In this document: positions 28,193-35,880 of the stretch, piece by piece
How the letters are laid out: every line of letters begins with the position of its first letter
Position numbering within the stretch: position 1 is the first letter of the stretch
Assembly (NCBI GenBank): GCA_903825415.1
Contig: CAIKAN010000014.1
Span: forward strand, 1 to 45,370
Reading direction: 5' to 3'
Source: an uncultured bacterium
GTDB taxonomy: Bacteria; Patescibacteriota; Minisyncoccia; Phycocordibacterales; PALSA-1337
Length of the DNA stretch: 45,370 bases
Program-made: the position numbers and the translations under genes
Notes under the pieces: generated by a model
Databases searched by the model: none
What the model was told of the DNA's origin: nothing
Seen by the model: the letters and a program-made list of their open reading frames with translations, nothing else

Positions 28193-29320
28193 TTAATGCA
28201 AAGTGAGCCAAAAGCCGAAGACGACGAAGATAAAATGGATGACCCAGAATCTCATGACGGTCTTCTCTTCAGTCCATCCTCTAACCTCGAAATGATGATG
28301 CAATGGCGCCATGGCGAAGACTTTTTTCCCGAAGATCAGCTTCGAACAGATTTGTATCACTACCGATATCGCCTCTATATAGAACATGAAGCCAAGGAAA
28401 GGCAGGGTGCCGATCTCGCCTATGGCCATGGTGTTCACGGCCAGGAGTGCGCCAAGACCCAATGATCCCACATCGCCCATCATGAATCGTGCAGGTTTGA
28501 TATTGAAATACGTATAAGCTACGAGAGCGCCGACAGTCGTAGTATTCAGGATGGCGATCTCGGCGAAGCCGTTGATCCAGCTCAAGAATGTCAAAGCGCT
28601 GAAGGTGGTGATGAGCATGCCTCCAGCCAGACCATCCATACCATCGGTGAAGTTCACGGCATTGGCGGTGAACATCACGATGAGGACGATGATGGGCATG
28701 ATCAGCCAACCAGCATTCCAGGAGATATCAAAGGGCAAGTAGATATAATGCCAAGCGGGGCCGAGCCTGGCATAGATCCAATAGGCAGTGATCACGCCGG
28801 CGACGAATTGCAGGATGAGCTTTTCGTGGACGAATACTCCGCGCTGATTGCGCGAGCCGAACCATACGGATAGGCGCTTGAAAGCGGTCCATGGCAAGGT
28901 GACGAAATACCAGACGCGCATCTTCCATTCGCTGTGGACTTTGATGAGGTTCCAGATATGGGAGAGCTTGCGTGAGCGCCTCTCATTGCCGAAGATATTC
29001 ATGAAATCGTCTATGCCTCCCAAGAGAGCAGAGATGAGCATTACGCCTATGGGTACCCAGGTGAAGCTTCTGGACCAATTGAGGAAATAGGTGATGACGG
29101 CGACCGTGACGATGACGAGCAAGCCTCCCATCACCGGCGTCTCTGCTTTGTGAGCATGGGATCCGAGCTCGGCGAGCTCCACCTTTGTGCCTTTTACGAC
29201 ATTGAATTTGCGGAGCAGCCTGACCAAAAGAGGGGACCAAGCAAAAGCTACAACGGCCCCTACAAGGGCAAAACTGATGATATAAGCGAGATCGGAGGTG
29301 CCTTGCAGGAATGGTAGCAT
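28193..29320 (-). CDS. mraY: Phospho-MurNAc-pentapeptide transferase
   Basis: TPVMGG, GGIDD, ANAVNFTDGMDGLA, FMMGDVGS, MAPLHHHFE. Confidence 0.95.
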   Translation of the reverse strand: MLPFLQGTSDLAYIISFALVGAVVAFAWSPLLVRLLRKFNVVKGTKVELAELGSHAHKAETPVMGGLLVIVTVAVITYFLNWSRSFTWVPIGVMLISALLGGIDDFMNIFGNERRSRKLSHIWNLIKVHSEWKMRVWYFVTLPWTAFKRLSVWFGSRNQRGVFVHEKLILQFVAGVITAYWIYARLGPAWHYIYLPFDISWNAGWLIMPIIVLIVMFTANAVNFTDGMDGLAGGMLITTFSALTFLSWINGFAEIAILNTTTVGALVAYTYFNIKPARFMMGDVGSLGLGALLAVNTMAIGEIGTLPFLGFMFYIEAISVVIQICSKLIFGKKVFAMAPLHHHFEVRGWTEEKTVMRFWVIHFIFVVFGFWLTLH

Positions 29321-29408
29321 TGGTACACGATAACATGAATATCAGGGTCAGTTCAAGCAGATATTACTTATGATTTGCGGGCTTGAACTGAAAGATATGA
29401 GGTGTTTA

Positions 29409-29446
29409 TAAAAAACTGCAGAGGCATCCAGGGGATGTCTCTGCAG
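29409..29446 (-). terminator. Intrinsic terminator
   Basis: ctgcagagacatcc-cct-ggatgcctctgcag-tttttt on minus strand. Confidence 0.85.
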
Positions 29447-29454
29447 GGTGATGG

Positions 29455-29964
29455 CTAAACAAAATGACGGAACAAGATGATCGCAATCATAACCGTGAGG
29501 ATGACCGCTTCCGCCGGCTTAGGGATGAGTACACCAGGGGCATACCTGTACTCCCAGATGCCGATCATGGCTCCTAATTTCGAGAGCCTATTCTGGAATG
29601 GCCAGACGCAGCTCTGATCTGTATCGCGGTATTCGATCCCGCAATGCGTCAGGGCGTCGACTAGGATGTGGACCCCTGTCCCAACGAAGAAGGCTTCGAT
29701 GGCCGTCCATCCCATCGCCAGACCAACAATTAAGAGAAGAGTGTTGATCGGAAGGGAGTGTGAAAGCTCCTTGAGGAGCATGAGCTTGGAGCTCTGTGTA
29801 GCGAACGGCTGTCTGCCACGGAGCTTGTCGATCGCGAATTTCGGAACCAGAACAAGGTCTGGTTCAATCGATCCTAAGATCGTGAGGCCCTGACAAAGAG
29901 GACTGTGGGGGAAGAGGCATTGGCCGAGTGCCGCTCCCATTAACAGATGAGTGTATGTTTGCAA
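29455..29964 (-). CDS. Membrane metal-dependent hydrolase-like protein (YdjM-like)
   Basis: THLLMG, EPD, SHSL, HILVDALTH; TTG start with GGAG; promoter TTGACA-17-TATTCT at 30026-29998. Confidence 0.75.
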   Translation of the reverse strand: MQTYTHLLMGAALGQCLFPHSPLCQGLTILGSIEPDLVLVPKFAIDKLRGRQPFATQSSKLMLLKELSHSLPINTLLLIVGLAMGWTAIEAFFVGTGVHILVDALTHCGIEYRDTDQSCVWPFQNRLSKLGAMIGIWEYRYAPGVLIPKPAEAVILTVMIAIILFRHFV

Positions 29965-30037
29965 GGAACGCTCCGTTTCTCTCGAGGGTTCAATAACAGA
30001 ATAGCTTATATTTGAAAAACTGTCAAGTGGGCTTCGG

Positions 30038-31095
30038 TGAATTCTCATTCTAAACGCAACAAAGTTTGCAGGCTAATTGCAACACCCCTTTAAGGGTTCA
30101 TACTCTGGTTTTAGCAATAATTTCAACCAGAGATGTCACATACACACATTGGTCCTGGAGATTGGGCGTGCATCGGGCGCATGCTTCGAGCCGATCATTC
30201 GATACGCGAAATCGCTCGTACACTTGGAAAAAGTCCCGGATCGATTAGTAGGCATGTGAATGAATATGGTGGAAGAGACGGATATGATGGAAAAGAAGTT
30301 CGGAGAAGGAAGCGGATGAAAAGGATTGCTGCCATGGATTGTATACGAGTGATCAAGGGGTCGCTTCTTCGAATGATCAAAAAGAAATTGATCGATCACA
30401 AATCCCCGGAACAGATTGCTGGTGTACTGAAGCGGGTCTCGGCCAGTTCGATATACAGGTACATCAAAGAAAGAGCACCTCACCTCTCAAAATACCTGCG
30501 ATCAAAGAAAGGTAAATACCGAAGACGAAGGGGTACTAAGAAACGTGAAATGCTTCGAGAACAAGCCAAGAAACGACGTATTGATGAGAGGCCGAAGATT
30601 GTTGAGAGGAGAGGGAGAATTGGCGACTACGAAGGCGATACGATGATCGGCAGAGACAAGCGCGTGCGTATTGTCACCTTTGTCGATCGAAGAACTGGAT
30701 ACCTGATCGCCTTCCTTCTTCCGAAAGCAAGCTCTAAGTTACTTACATCTCTCGCACTCAAATATTTTCGACACATACCGAAAAGAAAACAGAAGACGAT
30801 CACCTTCGACAATGGTTTTGAATTTTCTGACTGGGAATCTCTTGAAAAGAAATCCGGCATGACCGTGTATTTTGCGTATCCATATCATTCCTGGGAAAGA
30901 GGAACCAACGAGAACACAAACGGACTTCTTCGACAGTATTTTCCTAAGGATATGGACTTCAATCTAATCAAACCCGAAGAACTTGCACATGCAGTACGAA
31001 AACTAAACAACCGTGAAAGGAAAAGACTTAAATTTTCGAGTCCGAAACGAGTCTTCTGGAAAAGACGCAAGTGTTGCAATTAGAGTGACAATTCA
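30038..31095 (+). mobile_element. IS30-family insertion sequence (1058 bp)
   Basis: 24-bp terminal IRs (20/24 match) starting TGAATT; 2-bp GG target duplication; inserted in a gcttc...gaagc palindrome. Confidence 0.92.
30133..31083 (+). CDS. IS30-family DDE transposase
   Basis: HTH SIREIARTLGKSPGSISR; YEGDT, TFDNGFEF, PYHSWERGTNENTNGLLRQYFPK. Confidence 0.96.
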   Translation: MSHTHIGPGDWACIGRMLRADHSIREIARTLGKSPGSISRHVNEYGGRDGYDGKEVRRRKRMKRIAAMDCIRVIKGSLLRMIKKKLIDHKSPEQIAGVLKRVSASSIYRYIKERAPHLSKYLRSKKGKYRRRRGTKKREMLREQAKKRRIDERPKIVERRGRIGDYEGDTMIGRDKRVRIVTFVDRRTGYLIAFLLPKASSKLLTSLALKYFRHIPKRKQKTITFDNGFEFSDWESLEKKSGMTVYFAYPYHSWERGTNENTNGLLRQYFPKDMDFNLIKPEELAHAVRKLNNRERKRLKFSSPKRVFWKRRKCCN

Positions 31096-31145
31096 GGATC
31101 GTGAAGCATTGTTTGAAGTCATCGGTCTAAAAGCAGATCTCTCCA

Positions 31146-31172
31146 AAAAAAGAAGGCGCCGAAGCGCCTGCC
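31146..31172 (-). terminator. Intrinsic terminator
   Basis: aggcgc-ttcg-gcgcct-tcttttttt on minus strand. Confidence 0.8.
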
Positions 31173-31191
31173 TGTTCTATATGATCGAGGC

Positions 31192-31818
31192 TTAAGATTG
31201 TACTGCCTCTGGTTCGGGATGATTTGCGAACTGACCGTGGTATCGCGCCAGAATTGAGCTATACCGCTCGATTGCGCCGTAAGCTTCCCCAATCCAGATA
31301 GATTTGAGACGTGAGACATTGATTGGTCGAGCCTCTTCTAGGCTCCTTGCTAGCGAGGCTGCGTCGCTGAACTGGTCAACGTTTGTTACGACCATCCTGC
31401 GCCCTACACAGCCCAGGATAATCGTTGATAGCCCGATCCAGTCAGTTGTCGCAGAAACGACCTCGGGGGTCTCTCCAGCATCGGTCGCTCTTTCCGTGGA
31501 TCGGAGGATCACGCAGACAAGGTCGATCAGTGGAACGCTAGTATGGGCCAGTATCCTCCTGTTCGCTGGTGTATCATCTGCGGTCAATGCAAGTGAGAGA
31601 GATGTCTTTATGGCCACTAGTCCACCCTCATGTTCTTCCAGAATCATTGTACGTTCTCCACCAAATACGGAGACCCCGGACTGTTCAAATGCAGCAGCCA
31701 ACGGCCTTGGTGCTATGATATTCCAGCCGAGTTGGAGATAAAGAGTTCTAGTCAGGACGATTACATCTTCATCATTTTCCGCAAGGAATAATGCCGTTCG
31801 TGCTTGTGATGTGCTCAT
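31192..31818 (-). CDS. Degenerate PurH N-terminal (IMP cyclohydrolase/MGS-like) domain
   Basis: Colinear with PurH-N: RTAL, LGWNII, PLIDLVCVIL, TDWIG, VVTNVDQF, AY...YSSILARY. Confidence 0.6.
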   Translation of the reverse strand: MSTSQARTALFLAENDEDVIVLTRTLYLQLGWNIIAPRPLAAAFEQSGVSVFGGERTMILEEHEGGLVAIKTSLSLALTADDTPANRRILAHTSVPLIDLVCVILRSTERATDAGETPEVVSATTDWIGLSTIILGCVGRRMVVTNVDQFSDAASLARSLEEARPINVSRLKSIWIGEAYGAIERYSSILARYHGQFANHPEPEAVQS

Positions 31819-31995
31819 ATTGTTCTTTCATGTTTGTTCTTGTTAGCCGAGACCATACTACTACAGAAATCAGATATTCAACAGCCTCCATTGCCAATTC
31901 CTTTTACGCGAGTAATATGTAGCCAGATAGGAGATGTCCTCCTGGTCTATGCTTCTTCTATAGGAGCATCGTTCAATTCCAATGAAAGGGCCGGT

Positions 31996-32262
31996 ATGCT
32001 GAAATTTAGAGTTGTATTGCACGTGTTCAGGAAGATTAAGTGTGTGAATCCAGAGAACGGTCCGATTCTTGCCCAGTTGAAACGGATGGGTTTTGATGCT
32101 GAATCTTTTAGTAAGGGGACATGTATGATTATCGACCTCTCTGCTGAAGATGAAAGTTGTGCAAAACTCTCGGTTGGACGGATGTGTGTCGATGGTGGCA
32201 GTTTCTTTCTAGTCAATCCTGTCATGGAAGACTATGAGATTGTCAGTGTGACGCGGAGATAA
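31996..32262 (+). CDS. Divergent PurS-like protein
   Basis: VNPENG, LKRMGF, RMC, LVNPVMEDYEI match the PurS pattern; SD GAAAGGG; promoter TTGCCA-16-TAATAT at 31891. Confidence 0.7.
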   Translation: MLKFRVVLHVFRKIKCVNPENGPILAQLKRMGFDAESFSKGTCMIIDLSAEDESCAKLSVGRMCVDGGSFFLVNPVMEDYEIVSVTRR

Positions 32263-32284
32263 TCCACAACCCACTTTCAAGTCC

Positions 32285-32312
32285 CCCGCCATTCCTTGGC
32301 GGGCTCTTTTTT
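32285..32312 (+). terminator. Intrinsic terminator
   Basis: cccgcca-ttcct-tggcggg-ctctttttt. Confidence 0.8.
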
Positions 32313-32400
32313 AGTATTTCTAATAATTGAAATTAATTTTACGCGAATCCTCATTCAAACTATATTCAAAATTAACGACGATTCGCCTTCTATAAAATGG

Positions 32401-32620
32401 AAAACCCTACCAGATTGGTAGGGGCCGCGCGAAGTGAGGGAGGAAAGAAGAAGGAAGAAAGGACCGAAAGAACTGGGTGAAAGTGAATGAAAGGACGAAG
32501 AGATATGAGTTGGAGGTGTTACGTTGACACCGCTGAGAGTACCTGACGAATGTCTGGGTAGGCCAACTTAATCTCGTAGTCTTCTCGATCTTTTTCTTTC
32601 CTCAAAGAACTATTTACTAC
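32401..32620 (-). ncRNA. Candidate structured non-coding RNA (about 220 nt)
   Basis: Promoter TTGACT-16-TATACT (32654-32627), terminator ccctacca-atc-tggtaggg-tttt, long-range pairing with G-U pairs on minus strand. Confidence 0.6.
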
Positions 32621-32704
32621 ACCCATAGTATACGCGAATAAAGGAAAAAGTCAACTAGACAAGGCCATTCCACCATTTCTTAATTTGCTACATCCACTCT
32701 CAAA

Positions 32705-32739
32705 CAAAAGCAGCTCCAGTAGATTCTGAAGCTGTTTTG
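32705..32739 (-). terminator. Terminator after NYN gene
   Basis: caaaacagcttcag...ctggagctgcttttg. Confidence 0.7.
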
Positions 32740-32759
32740 GTGAATATGATGCGATCACA

Positions 32760-33293
32760 CTATTCCCTTTTTGTTCTAGATCCTCCAGACCTTAAAAGAT
32801 ATTTTCCAGGCTCATCATCTAGATCCATGAAATTGTCAGCTGCCTCAATGAGCTTCGCTGAGGTAGATTTGCCGAAGGAGACGACTTCAACCTGGCAGCC
32901 TTGATTCATCTGCAGGTATTCTACGAGTGGCACGAAGTCCCCGTCTCCTGTGATGAGAATGACGGAGTCCAATTTTGGTGAAAGTTTAACAGCATCGATC
33001 GCAAGCCCTACATCCCAGTCAGCCTTCTTGGCGCCGGAGCTGAAGATCTGGAGGTCCTTTACTTTCGTCTCGATGCCCATCTTGGTCAGAGCTTCAAAGA
33101 AGGCGTTCTCTTCGCCGGATTCCGTGGCGATTACGTATGCGACCGCGCGGACAAGCTTGCGCTCATCGAGCGCATCTTTGACGATCTGTCCGAAATTGAC
33201 CTTTGAATGATATAGATTCTTGCCGCTGTGATATAGATTTTGCGCATCGATATAAACGCCGACGCGCTGTTCCTTGTGTTTTATTATTGCCAT
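32760..33293 (-). CDS. NYN domain (LabA/DUF88) protein
   Basis: VYIDAQNLY, KADWDVGLAID, ITGDGDFVPL. Confidence 0.93.
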   Translation of the reverse strand: MAIIKHKEQRVGVYIDAQNLYHSGKNLYHSKVNFGQIVKDALDERKLVRAVAYVIATESGEENAFFEALTKMGIETKVKDLQIFSSGAKKADWDVGLAIDAVKLSPKLDSVILITGDGDFVPLVEYLQMNQGCQVEVVSFGKSTSAKLIEAADNFMDLDDEPGKYLLRSGGSRTKRE

Positions 33294-33364
33294 ATTTGTA
33301 TGAAAATGATTATTAGTAATTTATAAAAGTACCAGCATTATAGCTTTTTGAGTGATTAATAGCG

Positions 33365-33446
33365 AAGCGACTAGCCACTAGTGATTAGCCACTAGGGTTT
33401 TGCTGCTGGCGTCAACTAGTGGCTATACCCTAGTGGCCAATCACTA
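33365..33446. repeat. Family B heptamer palindrome, copy 3
   Basis: CGACTAG CCACTAG TGATTAG CCACTAG ... CTAGTGG CTATACC CTAGTGG CCAATCA. Confidence 0.9.
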
Positions 33447-33713
33447 TTACTTCTTGAGATCCATCTTCTTCAAGATAGCTGTATAGCGTCGAGGGAAATT
33501 CTTGCGGAGATAGCCCAAATGGGTCTGGCGATCGGCGACCATGCCGAGCAAACCGCGTCGGCTATGATTGTCCTTTTTGTGCTTCTTCAAATGCTGGGTC
33601 AATTCATCGATCCTTTTGCTCAAAATGCCTATCTGAACTTCAGGAGAGCCTGTGTCTTTGTCGTGCATGGCGACTTCCTTCATAACTTTGGTCTTTTGGC
33701 GTGTTGATAACAT
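33447..33713 (-). CDS. rpsO: 30S ribosomal protein S15
   Basis: DTGSPEVQI, HKKDNHSRRGLL; promoter TTGCGC-17-TACTAT. Confidence 0.98.
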   Translation of the reverse strand: MLSTRQKTKVMKEVAMHDKDTGSPEVQIGILSKRIDELTQHLKKHKKDNHSRRGLLGMVADRQTHLGYLRKNFPRRYTAILKKMDLKK

Positions 33714-33797
33714 GATTGGCTATAGTAGCATGAATGGGTAAACGGCGCAAGAGCGTGGCGCAGTAATCGCATTCTATGCCATGGTGCAATGATTTTC

Positions 33798-34286
33798 TCA
33801 CCTGTTGATCTCTCTTTCTGCCTCCTCCGCCAACTCTATCATATCCGCTACTTCCTTAATGGACAATTTTCTCGGTACAGTATCCTTTATACAGAATACT
33901 CCTATAGGATATAAATGAGTCTTATCATAGAGTTTCATGCCCGCATAAAAACGGATACGAGGCGCGCCTATGACCATCGGATTATCGAAGAATCTATTGT
34001 CTTTGAGAGTATCTTCGACAATGAAGACGTTTTCTGTCATCATAGCATGCCCGCAGAATGAGATATCTCTCGGGCCACAGCATACTCCACCTAGTCCTTG
34101 GCAAGATTTATACCATTCTTTGTCTCTATCTATCAGGGTTACAGTAGAGATAGGCACGTTGAACATCCTCACGGCCTTCCTGGTGATCTCATCGAAGCGC
34201 TCCTCTGGAGGAGTATTCAGTATCTTGAGCTTATATAGAGCCTTCAAGCGAGCATCTTCATTTTTTGGTATAGGAGCTAGGATCAT
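33798..34286 (-). CDS. Stand-alone GAF domain protein
   Basis: PEERFDEIT, SFCGHA, PRIRFYAG, IGVFCIKD. Confidence 0.9.
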   Translation of the reverse strand: MILAPIPKNEDARLKALYKLKILNTPPEERFDEITRKAVRMFNVPISTVTLIDRDKEWYKSCQGLGGVCCGPRDISFCGHAMMTENVFIVEDTLKDNRFFDNPMVIGAPRIRFYAGMKLYDKTHLYPIGVFCIKDTVPRKLSIKEVADMIELAEEAEREINR

Positions 34287-34318
34287 TTTCTTACTTATAT
34301 TATACAATATACACAGTT

Positions 34319-34450
34319 AACATCTAGTGGAGGCTGAGTGGGCATATCGCCTAAACGCCAAAACGAAATGGGAAACCACCGCCACAGATGTCTTGCTAAA
34401 TTCGGCTTTGGCGTTTAGGCGATATGCCCACTCGGCTTAGTACAGATGTT
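34319..34450. repeat. 132-bp palindromic element (I)
   Basis: 27-bp perfect arms 34336-34362 and 34407-34433. Confidence 0.9.
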
Positions 34451-34545
34451 GACACAAAGTGGACGGAGGGTCCAAATAGCGCTATAATGCCCTAGCTATC
34501 ATATTTGTGATATATGAGGCGCAGTTATTTATAAATAACCAAAAC

Positions 34546-35292
34546 ATGAATAAAACATTTCGCTTTTGTGGCGCAATAGCTCTCATCTTGGCGCTATCTC
34601 TCCCGATGACGATTCATGCGCAAGATGCTTATATATCATCATCAGATGCCGATCAAAAGGCTGCTCTGACCAAGGATGCTGGACAGAACTCTTCTATCCA
34701 GAATACGATCAGACAGAAGATGCGTTCGGTTGAAGACAAATATCAGGTTGGCCTTCAGAATGTCAGGAGCAATCAGGAAGGCAGGAATCTGATATTGAGA
34801 TCTATCAAAGCCCCCAAAAAGAATCAGATAATGATCGTGCCTCCGACTATTACTTCTGATACGGTTCAACCCCCAAAAGAGAGCGTCCCTGTCACATCAT
34901 CAGGCATGCGACACGATAATCTTTTCAAGACGCATAGGACAGGTGTCGTGAGTGAACTCTCTACGGCTATTTCCAAACTCAAACAGGTAGGAGAAAGAGT
35001 CGTCTCGAGGATACAAAAAGATGAGCAGGGCGGTAAAGATATGACTGCCACTAGGAATCTCATGCTCATATTCGGTCAGAAGATCGCCGATGCTGAGCAG
35101 TCTATAAGCGTTTTCTCGGCCACTTCCACGGATGCTTCTTCAGGTATGACAGCAGATGATATAGCTGTCTTAAAGCAGAACTACGAAATCTCTGTTAAGG
35201 CTGTCGATGTTGTCAGACAGGCTCTACAAGATGTCATTCAGAATATCGTGGGCCCAGCTTCTCCTGCTCAAACGACTAAGAATAGTCAGTAA
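34546..35292 (+). CDS. Secreted helical/coiled-coil protein
   Basis: Signal peptide ending ...TIHA; helical C-terminus. Confidence 0.75.
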   Translation: MNKTFRFCGAIALILALSLPMTIHAQDAYISSSDADQKAALTKDAGQNSSIQNTIRQKMRSVEDKYQVGLQNVRSNQEGRNLILRSIKAPKKNQIMIVPPTITSDTVQPPKESVPVTSSGMRHDNLFKTHRTGVVSELSTAISKLKQVGERVVSRIQKDEQGGKDMTATRNLMLIFGQKIADAEQSISVFSATSTDASSGMTADDIAVLKQNYEISVKAVDVVRQALQDVIQNIVGPASPAQTTKNSQ

Positions 35293-35310
35293 TTTCCTCT
35301 TGGAAATATT

Positions 35311-35670
35311 ATGGAAACAAATCTTTCACAGCCAGCGGCAGAGCCTTTGGAAAAGGCCTATGAGAAAAAAGCTGATGTCCAATGTCCGACTAATAAGCCT
35401 AGTAGAAAAGTCGGGCCGATCGTGGCTACCTTAGTCGTAGTCGTCATCCTTGTTATCGTGGCTATAGTCTTATTCGCTTCGCGTACAAATCAGCAAGTCA
35501 TGCCTACGGGCTCCGTCTCAAATGCATCAGCTAGTTCTACAGCCTCTTATGATCAGGCGTCTTCGACCGCTCCTACCGTTAAGCCTATAACCAATACTGC
35601 CGATGATGTACAGTCATTGCAGAACGATCTCGATAAAGCTACTCAGGGAGTTGGGTCGCAGAAGTTTTAG
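35311..35670 (+). CDS. Single-TM protein with S/T-rich linker
   Basis: GPIVATLVVVVILVIVAIVLF TM segment. Confidence 0.75.
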   Translation: METNLSQPAAEPLEKAYEKKADVQCPTNKPSRKVGPIVATLVVVVILVIVAIVLFASRTNQQVMPTGSVSNASASSTASYDQASSTAPTVKPITNTADDVQSLQNDLDKATQGVGSQKF

Positions 35671-35685
35671 ACATGTGGGACTCCG

Positions 35686-35838
35686 AGGCACTTGGTAATA
35701 TCTTCTTTTTCGTCCGGCAAAATCGCCTACACCAATTGCAACCATATCTTGCCTTACCGGAGGCGGAAAGATATGGGCAATTGTAGTTTCGGCTCAGATC
35801 GCATTGCCGGACTCAAAATAAGATATTATCAAGTGCCT
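35686..35838 (+). repeat. Family D palindromic element, copy 1 (153 bp)
   Basis: Core caattgcaaccatatcttgcc...aagatatgggcaattg...ggctcagatc shared with 40783-40937. Confidence 0.88.
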
Positions 35839-35880
35839 TCCAACTTGCGTACCCCGCCCTGAATCTGTAAACTGCTTTTT

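Noticed and set aside
29965-30048. N-terminal extension of the hydrolase ORF
   Set aside because: It starts within the IS30 IR and spans the gene's own promoter; TTG 29964 with an SD is more plausible
31834-31995. Long TTG-start version of the PurS-like ORF
   Set aside because: It overlaps both divergent promoters; PurS similarity begins at ATG 31996, which has an SD
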